Below, in pieces: positions 48,578 through 60,927 of a stretch of 64,000 nt of DNA (positions are counted from its first letter, which is position 1; each line of letters starts with the position of its first letter). The position numbers and the translations under genes were made by a program. This DNA is from Lophium mytilinum (lineage: Eukaryota), in the NCBI GenBank assembly GCA_010093605.1, contig MU004187.1:1372018-1436017 (forward strand), given 5' to 3'. The notes beneath the pieces were generated by a model. It was given only the letters and a program-made list of their open reading frames with translations. It made no database searches and was not told the DNA's origin.

Positions 48578-51500
48578 CATTATTTCTTAGTATTCTCTTA
48601 GTAGTTATTAAGGTTAGGGGTTATTATATGCACGGACGTTACGTAATCTCTAGGCTAAAGGTTCTTCCGGCGCCTAAGGTTCTACCGGCGCCCGGGGTTC
48701 TACCGGCGCGCACTTAACTATATAGTAGGCTTATAGTTAGAGCCTCTTTTCTCTCTATATAACCTTATTAATAGAAATATAACTTTTTTTTAGCTATAAG
48801 CCTAATACTAGGTTGCGTTATTCTTTAAAACCTAGAAATATAGAAACCTTAATTTCTTTTTATATAGCTACACTGCTGTACACGCGCACCTATATAGATA
48901 CTACTACTAGCTTTAAAATTTAGCTATATAGTTACTTAATTACTAACCTTAAAACTAATATATTTCCTTCTTTTACTTACTTACTTACTTACTTACTCTA
49001 ATACTCTCTCTTTTTATTTTCTATATCTATATAAAGCCTAGGCCTTACTATAAATAACTAGGTATAACTAACTATATTAATACGCCCGGTAGATAACTTT
49101 ATAACTCTAACATTCTATAAGGTAAGGGGGAGGTTAGTTACTAGAACTTTAATAAGATATAAGACTATACTTAGGGCGACATCTTTAAGAAAGTGGATAA
49201 GAAAGTACTACTAGTAGACCTTAATTACTTAGCTTTATATATAAAGAATTAATAAAACCGTCTTACTAAGTAATATAAGCGCGTTAGTAAGCTACTTAAT
49301 ATAGCTATAGTGGAGGCCCTTAATACGCAGGATTTCTATACTATTAGTATAGACTCCTAGAACTAAAATATAGAAAGCCCTATTACTTTTAACCTTCTTC
49401 TAGATCTATATAATATTAAGAACCTAACTATAAAGCTAGAAGGTACTATATTCTAGAGCTTATTTAAGTTCTATTAGTAGGTAAATACTAAGCCGCTTAA
49501 AGCCTTTAAACTACTACGCGCGCTAGTTAAGAGTACTAATATCTATATTAATAACTATAGTACTAGCTTAGAGAAATAGAAATATATATCTATAAACCTT
49601 TATAAGAAGTTTAATAATATAGATAAGAAACTTAGAAACTTAAAGATCTAGCTTAATAACTCTAAGCTTAGCCTTTAGGCTATATAAGCCTACGCATACA
49701 ACCTCTAATAATAATAGTAATAGTCTAAACCTACTAAGATAATATTTAAAGAACCCGTTCGTTTTAATAATAATAAGCGGCGCAATAATAATATTAACTA
49801 TTAGCGGATAAATAGCGGGACTAGAGGATAACTATAAGGTAGAACTAATAACTATAGTTATAAGGGTAATAATACCTATATAGAGCCTATATATACTCCT
49901 CCTACTCTATATATAAACCTCTATAGTAGCGGCAACTAAGCCTACTATTCCGCCTCTCTATATAATAAATAATTAGATAACTAATATTATAATAATAGCT
50001 ACTATAATAGCTATACTCTACTATATACTTAGCTACTATTATTAATATTCTACTAGCGCACCCACCGCTAGCTAGACCCGGTTACGTTTAACGGAGAGGA
50101 CCTGAATGCATACCTAATCTAGCGCAGTAAGGTCCTTACTAAGATTTACTACGCCTTTTCTAATAAGATAGATAACTATAAGCTTAATTATATTAAGAGC
50201 GTTCTCTTAGGTGGACCCTTTAAGCGCATTTAGATATACTACTATAATTAGGTTATCTATAATAAGATTAACGCCCTCTATTCTCTAGATAATAGATATA
50301 GTAAATATAATATTAAGGCTAAGGCCCTAATATAGCTAGAAACTCTTTATATAGGTAATAATTTATTTACTATATTCTATAACTATTTTCTAGATATTAC
50401 CGGCGACCTTAACCGGGGGGCTGCTAAGCTTATCTATTAGTTTAAGACACGTCTTATACTATACCTATAATCTAAGCTTATTAACAGCGTAATATATAAT
50501 TATTTTAATAATTTTATATAATATATCTATACTATAGATATATAGAATATAGCCTTCTAGTAGGCTAAAAAGTATAATACCCTTATCTTCTAGCCCTGTT
50601 AGACTACGGCGTTAACTATAATAATAACTACTTAATCTACTTACGGCTGGGGCCGTAGCTATAGTAGCTACTTATCCACGCCTGCTATAGGTACTAATAT
50701 AATAACTATAACTATAATAACTTCTTTAATAACTACTATAAGTACTCTATACGCCCCTACTATTATAGTAGTAGCTAGTATAGAATAACGCTTACGCGCT
50801 ATAAATCTAGCGGATAAACTAGTATATATCTAAAGTATTAGTAAGCTTACTAAAGCTAATAAAGAGAGAATATGCGTAGCTAGCGCTTATAACTATTATT
50901 ACTATATTAGTTACCGCGCTATTAATAATAATTACCCCCTTTAAAACTTCTCTATCTAGATAACTAGCGGCCTTCCTCTCTACGCTACTAATACTACCTT
51001 TTCCGGCTAGGAAAATAAGTAGTCCTTAAGTATAGTTGCGCCTAAGAACCTATTATAATTAATTATAAATATACCCCGTTATCTACTCTATTATTAACCC
51101 TATTATCTACCCCTTATTCTACACTAACTTCCTCTAAGTGCGGCGACTTAGTTTCTACTAATAACCTTCTAGAACTATAAAGAAAGGACTAGAAACTATA
51201 TAAAAGCCGCTATAGGGGTAGTAAATATAGAATACCTAAAAAGTACTAAATAAAGAAGGTAGTAGAACTCCTACCCTAATTTAATACCCCCTTTTAGCTA
51301 TAGGAAGTCCTAGAGTATATTAAGAATAATAAGAGCTAACTAGAACTTTATATTTCCGCTATAGTAATTATATATACTTAGCACAATATTATAAAACTCT
51401 AGCTAAAGAAAGGTAGTTAGTACTTACTTTCTTATTCTATAGTCTTAGATAGTAATTAAATTATTTATACTTACTCTCTCTCTAATAATAGTATAATATC

Positions 51501-52242
51501 CTCTTTTATTAATTAATTATTTACGCGCAAATATAAAATTTATTAAATTCCTCTTAATTTACCTTACTATCTTACCTATATTAATAACTCTAACTCCTCT
51601 TAGTCTATTATATACGCTATAATTATTAATATTACTATAGGCTTATATATAGAATAGCTAGTCTACTATATTACTAATCTAGAATATATTCCTCTAGTTC
51701 TAGATATAGATTAGTATAAAACTTATAATCTAGAAATTAACTTTATTAAGAAGAGCTTCTACTTCTACTAATTATAGTACTATAATCTACACTACTATTA
51801 TAATAGTATACTAGCTAAGATATACTATAAGGGAGCTCTATTCTACGCTATAGAGCCTAATAAGCTTTAGTCTATATTCTTATTTATAATATCTATTAGT
51901 TTAATAGAATACTATATTTAACGCGCTAAGCCTAAGAACCTTATTTAGATCTATAGACTAGAGTTTATCTCTAAACTAGATAATACTCTATTTAATATAC
52001 CCGCGATTAGGCACGTTATTAGTATTCTAGAGGATAATAGCACGCTTAAACTATATGCTCTTAGCGTTAATAAATATAATAAGTTTATAAAGAAACGCAG
52101 AATGTATTTATCTAATAAGCTATAGAAATAATTAGATAAGTAGTTCCACTCTTAGGTTAATATATAGTTATAATAGAAAGCTAGAAATCTACCTCTATAC
52201 TATAATTATAACTATATAATCCTTCTATAGCTAGATACTCTA

Positions 52243-52442
52243 TATTATAGCTATATAATTACGCATAATATATAACTAGAGGTTATATAATAGAGGCTCT
52301 ATAGAATAGATAAATATTACTCCGCCCTTTAGGTTATTACAACGTCTGTTCTAGAAACCTCTTTCTTTCTTATATTTATCTTTTGTTAATATTAATACTA
52401 TTTAATTTAATAATTCTAATATTCTAACCTTAAGCCCTAATA
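52243..52442 (+). repeat. 5' LTR of family A copy 2
   Basis: Aligns without gaps to 60728-60927. Confidence 0.93.
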
Positions 52443-55400
52443 TAAGATAAATACCCTTCTAGCTTCTAGAAGTAATAGAAGTAACCCCTAGAAAATTTTC
52501 CGTAATAGAGTGCGCTTTTATAATAAGCTATAGTAAACCTATACCTTTCTATATAGTAACTATTAGTAGAGTTGCGGACCCCTAATAAAGACTATACTAA
52601 CATAGTATCCTATTAGTAGCGCCGCGGGCCCCTAATAAAGTAATCTAACTGTTATGCGCAATATTAGGTAATAGACCTTATAACTATAGTAGAGCTTGCA
52701 AGCCCCTATAATAGAGGGGTAGTAATAGCACCCTAGAAAGTCCTTACTAATTATATTAATTACTTTAACGGCTCTATAACTTCTTCTTCTATTTACTATT
52801 ACGTATAGAGACTAACGCCCGGAAAGTTTAGTATTAGCGATAGCGCGTGCGCGCGCCTAGCGTTACTAATTAATTGCCATTACTATATAGAGACTAACGC
52901 CCGGAAAGCTTAGTATTAATAACGGCTAGCCTACGCGCATACTTAGCGTTATAGAATAAATATTTATAGACTATCTATTTTCTATATACTACCTATTTTA
53001 TAAATAGACTACCTAATATTATTATTTACTATAACCTATAACTCTATAGGTAGTCCCGCAACTAAGTATAACTAGCGCTACTCTTAAACCTTCTAGGCAC
53101 CCGGCGCATATAGTAAATAATCTAATTTTAATAGGCCCTTACATATAAATTTAAGACCTTACCCCTTTAAGTTTTCTTTCTTCTATACTAACTTTTTCTA
53201 CCTCTTTATATAGCTAACTCTAGCCGCTATACCTTTAACCGCGCTAAAGCCCTATAGTTTAGTAACTTTGTCTCTAGTAGACGCTCTACTACTAGACGCC
53301 TATTTAGCAACGCTAATAGTATTTCTATTAACCCCCGCCGCATTAGCATTATATTATATTAAGAAGGCGCTTTAAATCTATAATACCTTCTTATAGAAGA
53401 TAATAATAATAATATAATATAAATTAATTACGGCCTGTAACCTTCTCTTATTTAACTCTTCTAAGGCGCAACTTAATCCTAGTTGTAGACATTAGCTGCT
53501 ACCTCTTAACTAGCGCTATCTATTAGACCGGTCCCTCTAGTTATACCCGCTAAACTATAATATTATTAGACTAAGTTTAGTACTATAGGCATGCCCCTAC
53601 TAGTTACTCTAGCTCCTCTAGTAATAACTACGGTAGCGGAAGCTATACTTCTACTCTCCCGCGTTAGTAGCTATATACTAGGCGACTTCTATTTACCTAC
53701 TAAACTTAATAATATAACTACCGGAATTAATAATATAGCTACTAGACTTAATAACACGGCCGCCTATAATAAGGACTCCTCCTCCAACTTTAACTCGGCC
53801 GATAAACACGACCGTTAAGAGGAGAAACGTTAGTTTAGTAATAACGCAGACGATAAAGTTAATAAACTTAAGATAGCCTATTAAGGCGTTACTATTAATA
53901 CTTTTAAAGCTACAGCCTACTATAATATAGTTAATAAGCCTAACTATTAGTCCCGTAACCCTAAGTATCTAAGAATACTACCTATTTATAGTATATCCTC
54001 TTCTAATATATCTCTATTATAATACTAATCTACCCGCGTTAAATCTATTATAGAACTTAATACTTCTAACCTTGCCTAGTAAGTAGCGGGTATAGAATAG
54101 AGTAATAGGCACTATACTATAATACGTATAGAAGACCGTTAGCAATTATATCTTACTATTACCTAGCGCGCTAGCAGCTCCATTTTTAAGATGCGCTATG
54201 GCGAAGAAGTATACTAATAATATAAGCTTTAAAACCTATAGAAGCTTATTTAGAATATTTAACTAGTACTATAATAATAGTAGGACTATATTATGCTTAT
54301 AGATAATAACTATAATAACTCTAGGTATAAAATAAATATTACTATACATAAATATAATACTACTAACGCTATAGTTAAAGGGTTAAATAAAAAGTATTTA
54401 CTTACTAATAGTAAACTTTCTAAGCTTTAAATATAAGTTTACACCCTTAATTATAAACTTAAGTCTAAGTAGATAGAGTTAGCCTATATATAACGCCTAC
54501 ATAATAAAAAGCACGCCAACTTCTAAGCCTAAACCCTTTAGCTTAACAACCTAGAAGTTAAATACTAATAGGCCTTAACGCGGATTACCCAGCTTAAAGC
54601 TTAACTCTAGTAGAAGATATTAGTAGAATAATTTAATAATCTATATAGAGACGTATATAAATAGCCTGCTAATTATAACTTAGCTAATAATATCTCTCCT
54701 CTACCGCTAGTAGGGCTATATATACTTAACCTAGATAACTTCTAATATAATTATGTTTTAGAATAATACTTTACTACTATAGGAGCAGGAGGTGGAGGGG
54801 GAGATAACCTAAACCTAAGCTAACTAGGTAGTTTTACTTAGCTATAAGTATACGGACCTGTCTATTCTTAATATAGATAATAACTAGGCCCTTAATCTAA
54901 ATATATATACCTATAGGATTTTAAATTAGAAGCTATAGCATACGCGGCCTAGAAGAATTACCTAATCTACTTAGTCTAAGTAGACTAGTAGATCTATCCT
55001 ACTACTATAACCTAAATCTAACTTACTATTAGTTATTATAAGGGGCGCGCATATAAAGTAGTAGAAGACTATAGTCTTCTTACCTCTACTAACCTATATT
55101 ATTTACTAGAGAAACTTATCTAGAACCTAGACGCTATATTCTAGAAGAGTAATACTATTTATTATAACCGCCTTCTTAACTAGCTTAACAGCCGTGCTAT
55201 AAAATAGCGTTTTAATAAGAAGACGTCTAACTTTTTACAACGCCTTAATATAGTTCTTAACAGGCTTAAGTACGGTAAGATTAATAACAGTCTTATAACT
55301 TAATACTAGCACCTTAAGAAAACACTGCGCACGGATCTTACTAAGTATATTAACTTTAGTCTATTAACCTAGTACTAGGTAAAAGATAACGTCCTATATA

Positions 55401-58400
55401 AGAATTATTACCGCATTTAATAAGAGAAATAAGCTAAGAAAGAGCTTCTTACTATATAAACCTTAGTACGCCGCTTAAATAATATACACGCGCAGAACGG
55501 CCGCTATAATTTAAACTGTGCCCGGCGTAGTAAAGTATCTACTACTAAGACTAATAATTATATTATAATTAAGAAGACTACTACTATTCTATTACCTAGC
55601 GTCCCACTATACGTCCGCCTACGCCTTAGTAAGGAAGGGCGCTGCTTTAGCTGCTTTAAGAAGAACTACCGCGCTAGCGACCCTAAGTGTCCTCTAGCTA
55701 GAAAGACTATAATAGAGGCTTAGCGTAATAAGCGCCTTATAGCTACTAGCATTAATAGTATTAAACTTAACGCCTTTAAGTATAGTAGTAATAAGAAATA
55801 TTAATATAAATATAAGTATAAGAACTATAACTAGAAGAAAGATAACTACACAGTTTATTCTAATTACTCGGGAAATACTTAATCTCTAATAAAAGTCGTT
55901 ATTAGAGATAGTTAGAAGATACGCTAGCTTAAGCTCTTATATATATTTAAGAGCTTAAGCTACCTTCTCTAAAGCTACCTAATATTAAGCTCTCCGCATG
56001 CGCTATTAGACTTGCCCTACTATCTAGTAAATAGATGGACTTTAACTATAAAATTAAGACTTTAGCTGGAATAGTTAAATCTATAGTCCTTATAGATTCT
56101 AGATATAGAGAATTTATATTTATATCTATAAGCTTTATAAAACACTATAAACTTAATATCTATAAAGCTACTCTATATAATATTAAACTGCTAAATAGTT
56201 CTATATTAGTTATTAATAAAGTAGCTAAAGTTACTATATAGATTAAGGGACACTATAATAAGTTCTAGGCTCTTATCTATAACCTTAAGGGCTATAATAT
56301 TATTCTTAGTATAGGCTAGCTTATAATGTATAATACTTATATAAAATTTAGTACCTAAATAATATAACTAGACTTAGACTACTACTACTCTTAATACCTA
56401 GTTAATTATAAACTAGTCTATATCTAGTCTAAAGACCCTATCGCCCGCACTAGTAAGTGCCTGTTCTAGTAGAAACTTAACGCTTAGCTCGCTGCTTTTA
56501 AAGCACTTAATATTAATATAGTATCTAGTAATAAGTATCTATATAACTTCTAGTAGTTACTAGAGGAAGATATAATCTATATATAGCCTAAATACTTTAA
56601 GCTAGCGCTTATAGATAAGAAGGCGGAAGCCTAAGCGCGCGCTAAAGAATAAGTATATAAAGCAGGTAATATTATTATAGGCCCTACTAACTTTATAACT
56701 AACTTAGTAGCTATTAGCCTCTATATAATATTAAAGAATAACTAATAAAAGTTCTTTAAAAAAATAGAGCGTATACTAATAACTTGCAATAAGCTTAAGG
56801 TACTAGTGCCTATAGAGTATTAGGGCTTCCTTAATATATAGAACCCTAAAGAAGCTAATAAGTTACTACTATGCTATAAGGCTAAAGATAGTATAGATAT
56901 TAATTACTATATTAATATTAAACTAGAAACTAAGGCCCTAGCCTGTAAAGTCTATAGCCTTTTATAAGATAAAATACTAGTTATTAAAATATTTATTAAT
57001 AAGATATATAGAAAAGAATATATTTATAAAAGTAATAGTTAATACACCGCTTCTATTATTATTATTTATAAACTAGGGGGGGGCCTCTATATTTATATAG
57101 ACTATTAAGGCCTTAACACTATTATAATTAAAGCTTGTAATATTCCACCGGCTATAAAAGACACTCTTGCGCTATTAAAACACGCTAGATATTATATAAA
57201 ATTTAATGTTATAGCCGCTTTTAATACTATTAGAATGTAAGAAGGAGATAAGAAGTATATAGCTTTTCTTATAAGATACAGCCTATTTAAATTTACTGTC
57301 TTGCCTTTTAGCCTATATAACGCTCCCGCAACCTTCTAGGCCTTTATTAATAATATTCTACTTAAATACCTTAATAACTTCTGCACGGCCTATCTTAATA
57401 ATATTCTTATCTTTAGTAAGATGTTAGAGGAGTATATAGGCTATATTAAAAAGGTCCTCTAGTAACTCTATAAGGCCGGCCTGTTTCTTAATATTATAAA
57501 GTGTAAATTCTATAAGTAAGAAGTTAAGTATCTAGGTATTATTATTAGCGTTAACGGCCTTAAGATAGATCTAGCCAAAGTTAAAATAGTAGTTAACTAG
57601 CTATAACTATAGAACCTCTATAATATATAAGCTTTCTTAGGCTTCTATAATTTCTACTAATAATTTATTATTGCCTATTCTAATATTATAGGACCCCTTA
57701 TAAGACTTACTAGGGCTAAGGTCTATAAGTAGTTTACCTTCCTATAGTAGAAAGGTAGCTCTAAAGACTTTTTATTTAAATAAATAAAATAAGCGTTTAT
57801 TAACGCTTCTTAGATAGCTTATTTTAATCTAGATCTAGAGATATAGGTAGAATATAATATATCTAACACTATTACAGCTACTATACTATCTTAAATGCAA
57901 GCTAATAGCGTCCTCCGCCCTATTGCGTTTATATCCTATTAAATAAGCGCAGCCTAACTTAATTACTAGATCTATAATAAGAAGCTTCTAGTAATTATCT
58001 ACGCTTTTAAAGAATAGTGTATAGAGCTTATAGGTTATAGATATAGTAATCTAATTAAAGTCCTCTTAGATTACTAAACCCTGCAATACTTTATAGAGAC
58101 TAAGCAACTTAACTAATAATAGGCTAGATGGGCTAAATTCCTCTCTAAGTTTAACTTCCGCATTACTTATAGACTAGGTAAGAATAATAGTAAGGCTAAT
58201 TTACTAACTAGACGCCTAGGTAATATACTAGATAAGAATAATAAGCGCTATAAGATTTAGTAATAGACTATTCTTAAGGACTATAACCTAGAACTAGAAA
58301 TGCAGCACGCTATTAAACTAGCCCACATTATAACTAATAGCGTTATCTATAACGTAGTTTCCCTCGCAGTAATATTATACAACCTTAGTAAAGTAGAACT

Positions 58401-58432
58401 TAATTAGGGGGAGTCTTAGAGTAACCTTAATA

Positions 58433-58612
58433 AAGAACTATAGAAGTTACTAAGGCAGGGGGAGTTATAGAGTAACCCTACTAACAGTGCTATAGAGTAA
58501 GATATACTAGATTACATATAAGAAGAACTATAGGGGTTATTAAGGTAGGGGGAGTTATAAAGTAACCCTGCTAATAATACTATAGAGCGAGATATAGTTA
58601 ATTAGATATAAG
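58433..58612 (+). repeat. 90-bp in-frame tandem duplication between RNase H and integrase of element A2
   Basis: AAGAACTATAG...AGGGGGAGTTATA.AGTAACCCT... at 58433 and 58523, with a partial third G-tract unit near 58406. Confidence 0.85.
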
Positions 58613-60727
58613 AAACCCTTATTAATAATATTATTAGTAACGCTATTAAAGACGCTATTAGAGCTAAGCTACGCCGCTTACTAATAGACATCGTTAAAAA
58701 CTATAGCGTTAAGCTTAAACTCTATAATTATATAATCTATAATAGCCTTATCTTTATTTAAAAGGACCGCCTATATATCCCTACTAAGAAAGAACTCTAG
58801 TTAGCTATTATTAAGAGCCTTTATAAACCGCTACTAGTTAGTTATAGAGAAACTACGTCTACCTATAACTACATCTTAATGTACTACTTCTAGCTATAAA
58901 TAATATATAACGTTAACTATTATATTAAGGCCTATTAGCCGTGCAACTATATTAAATACGCACGCGAAGTAAAATAAGGCTTTCTTAAGCCACTCCCTAT
59001 CCCGGAGCGATACTAGACTAATTTAATAGTAGATTTTATTAGCCCCCTGCTAAAATACTTATAATTTAGGCGGGATTACTAATATATAATAGTAGTTATT
59101 AATAGACTTTCTAAGATATATAAGTTTATCCCTATAGTTACTATAGACGCTAAGAAAGTTGCCTAAGCCTTTCTTAAATAGGTATAGCGTACTAAAGAAT
59201 ATCTATAGTCTATTATTTCTAATAGAGGAATATAATTTATCTCTATCTTTTAGTCCCGCCTATATAAGCGCATTAGAATAAAGCTAAAGCTTTCTACTAC
59301 TTTCTATTCTAAAATAGATAGATAAATAGAAGTTACTAATATAGGCCTAAAGTAATATCTTAGGGCATATATTAACTACTAGTAGGATAACTAGTATAAC
59401 TTCCTTACTATTACTAAATTTAAGGCTAACTTAGTAAAAAATACCTTTACTAGAGTAGCGCCCTTTATAGCTACTAAGGGCTACATTTCTAGCGCAGGCA
59501 CCGCGCTAGCCGCGCAACTACCTAAGGATATAAACGCGCCTATAATTTGTCTTATAAAACTTGTAGATAAATTTATTACTAGAATAGATAAATTGCGCGC
59601 GTTTCTCTATACGGAAATTAAATAGGCCTAGGCTAAGTAAAAGAAATACACTAATGCAGGGCGATAACTAGCTTATACTTATTACCTAGATAATTAAGTT
59701 ATGTTAGATAGACGCTTTATTAAAATAACGCGCCTAAATAAGAAGCTTAACTTTAAAAAGCTAGGCCCCTTTAAGATTCTAGAAAGCTATAAAAATAGAA
59801 GCGTATATAAGCTTAACCTACTAAAGGGTATAGAAAGTATCTATCTAGTATTCTACCTATAGCTTCTCTACCTAGCTAACACTATCCCTATAAAAGGATA
59901 ACGTAATTCTAAGCCTCCCCCTATTAAAATAATACCTATGTACTAGGAAGGTAACGCTAAAGAGATTATAGATAGCCGCCTAGATAGAAGACGTCTTAAT
60001 TCTACTAGTTATAAAAGGGGCATGCTATAATATAAGATTAAGTTTATTAGATAGAATAATAAGCCCTAATAGGATAACTATAATTGCGCTAATAGCTATC
60101 TATACCTTATTATAGATTTCTACTACTAGTACCCTAAGAAACTAGGCCCCTATTTATTATTCTAACTACTATTAGACTGGAAGCTAACCTTAGCTACTAT
60201 CCTCGCCGCTATAGACCTCTATATAACTAACGTTATAGAAGCTATATAATTTAATTACTAGACCGGCGGTTAAATTAATTTATTAAGGAGGCCTAACTGC
60301 GGATGTACGCAATAATTAATGCGGAATAGCGTAGATTATTATAAGTACCTAGTAGTAGGCTAGTAGCTATAAAGGCTATACAGCTCCTTATAGCTCTATT
60401 ATAGCCGGCCCCAGTTTAAATAAATAATAAGATAGCAACACTATAAATAGTAATACTGCGTATAGTAATACTGCGCATAGTAATACTAGTAGACTAATAG
60501 AGTAGCTATATAAACTAAATAGTAAGGCTATAGAAGGCTATATAAAAATAGAAAGAATAAGTAATCCTCTATAAATTAATTTATTTTCTTTATTTAAATT
60601 ATAATTGTAGTATAACCTAGCACTTTATTTAATAGATATTTAAGTAATTATAGATACTCTAGTATAGAAAGGACTCTCTTATAAGAAGGAAGCTTTAATT
60701 AGGGGGCTTCTTTAAAGGGGGGAGACG

Positions 60728-60927
60728 TGTTATAGCTATATAATTGCGCATAATATGTAACTAGAGGTTACGTAATAGAGGCTCTATAGAACGGATAAAC
60801 GTTGCTCCGCCCTTTAGGTTATTATAACGTCCGTTCTAGGAACCTCTTCCTCTCTTATATTTATCTTTTGTTAATATTAATACTATTTAATTTAATAATT
60901 CTAATATTTTAACTTTAAGCCCTAATA
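60728..60927 (+). repeat. 3' LTR of family A copy 2
   Basis: Starts TGTTATAG right after the PPT; followed by TSD CTCTA. Confidence 0.95.

Larger units (their letters stand above)
52243..60927 (+). mobile_element. Full-length Ty3/Gypsy chromovirus, family A copy 2 (8685 bp), RIP-inactivated
   Basis: 200-bp LTRs at both ends; 5-bp TSD CTCTA (52238-42 and 60928-32); PPT AAAGGGGGGAGACG before the 3' LTR; Zn knuckle CFSCF..(H>Y)..C ~55643-55690; protease LIDS(G>R); RT AYL(D>N)(D>N)ILI ~57390; integrase; chromodomain ~59950-60150. Confidence 0.95.

Noticed and set aside
53591..56241. ORFs 53591-53818 and 56035-56241 as genes
   Set aside because: They are stop-free remnants of RIP-mutated gag and protease regions of element A2.
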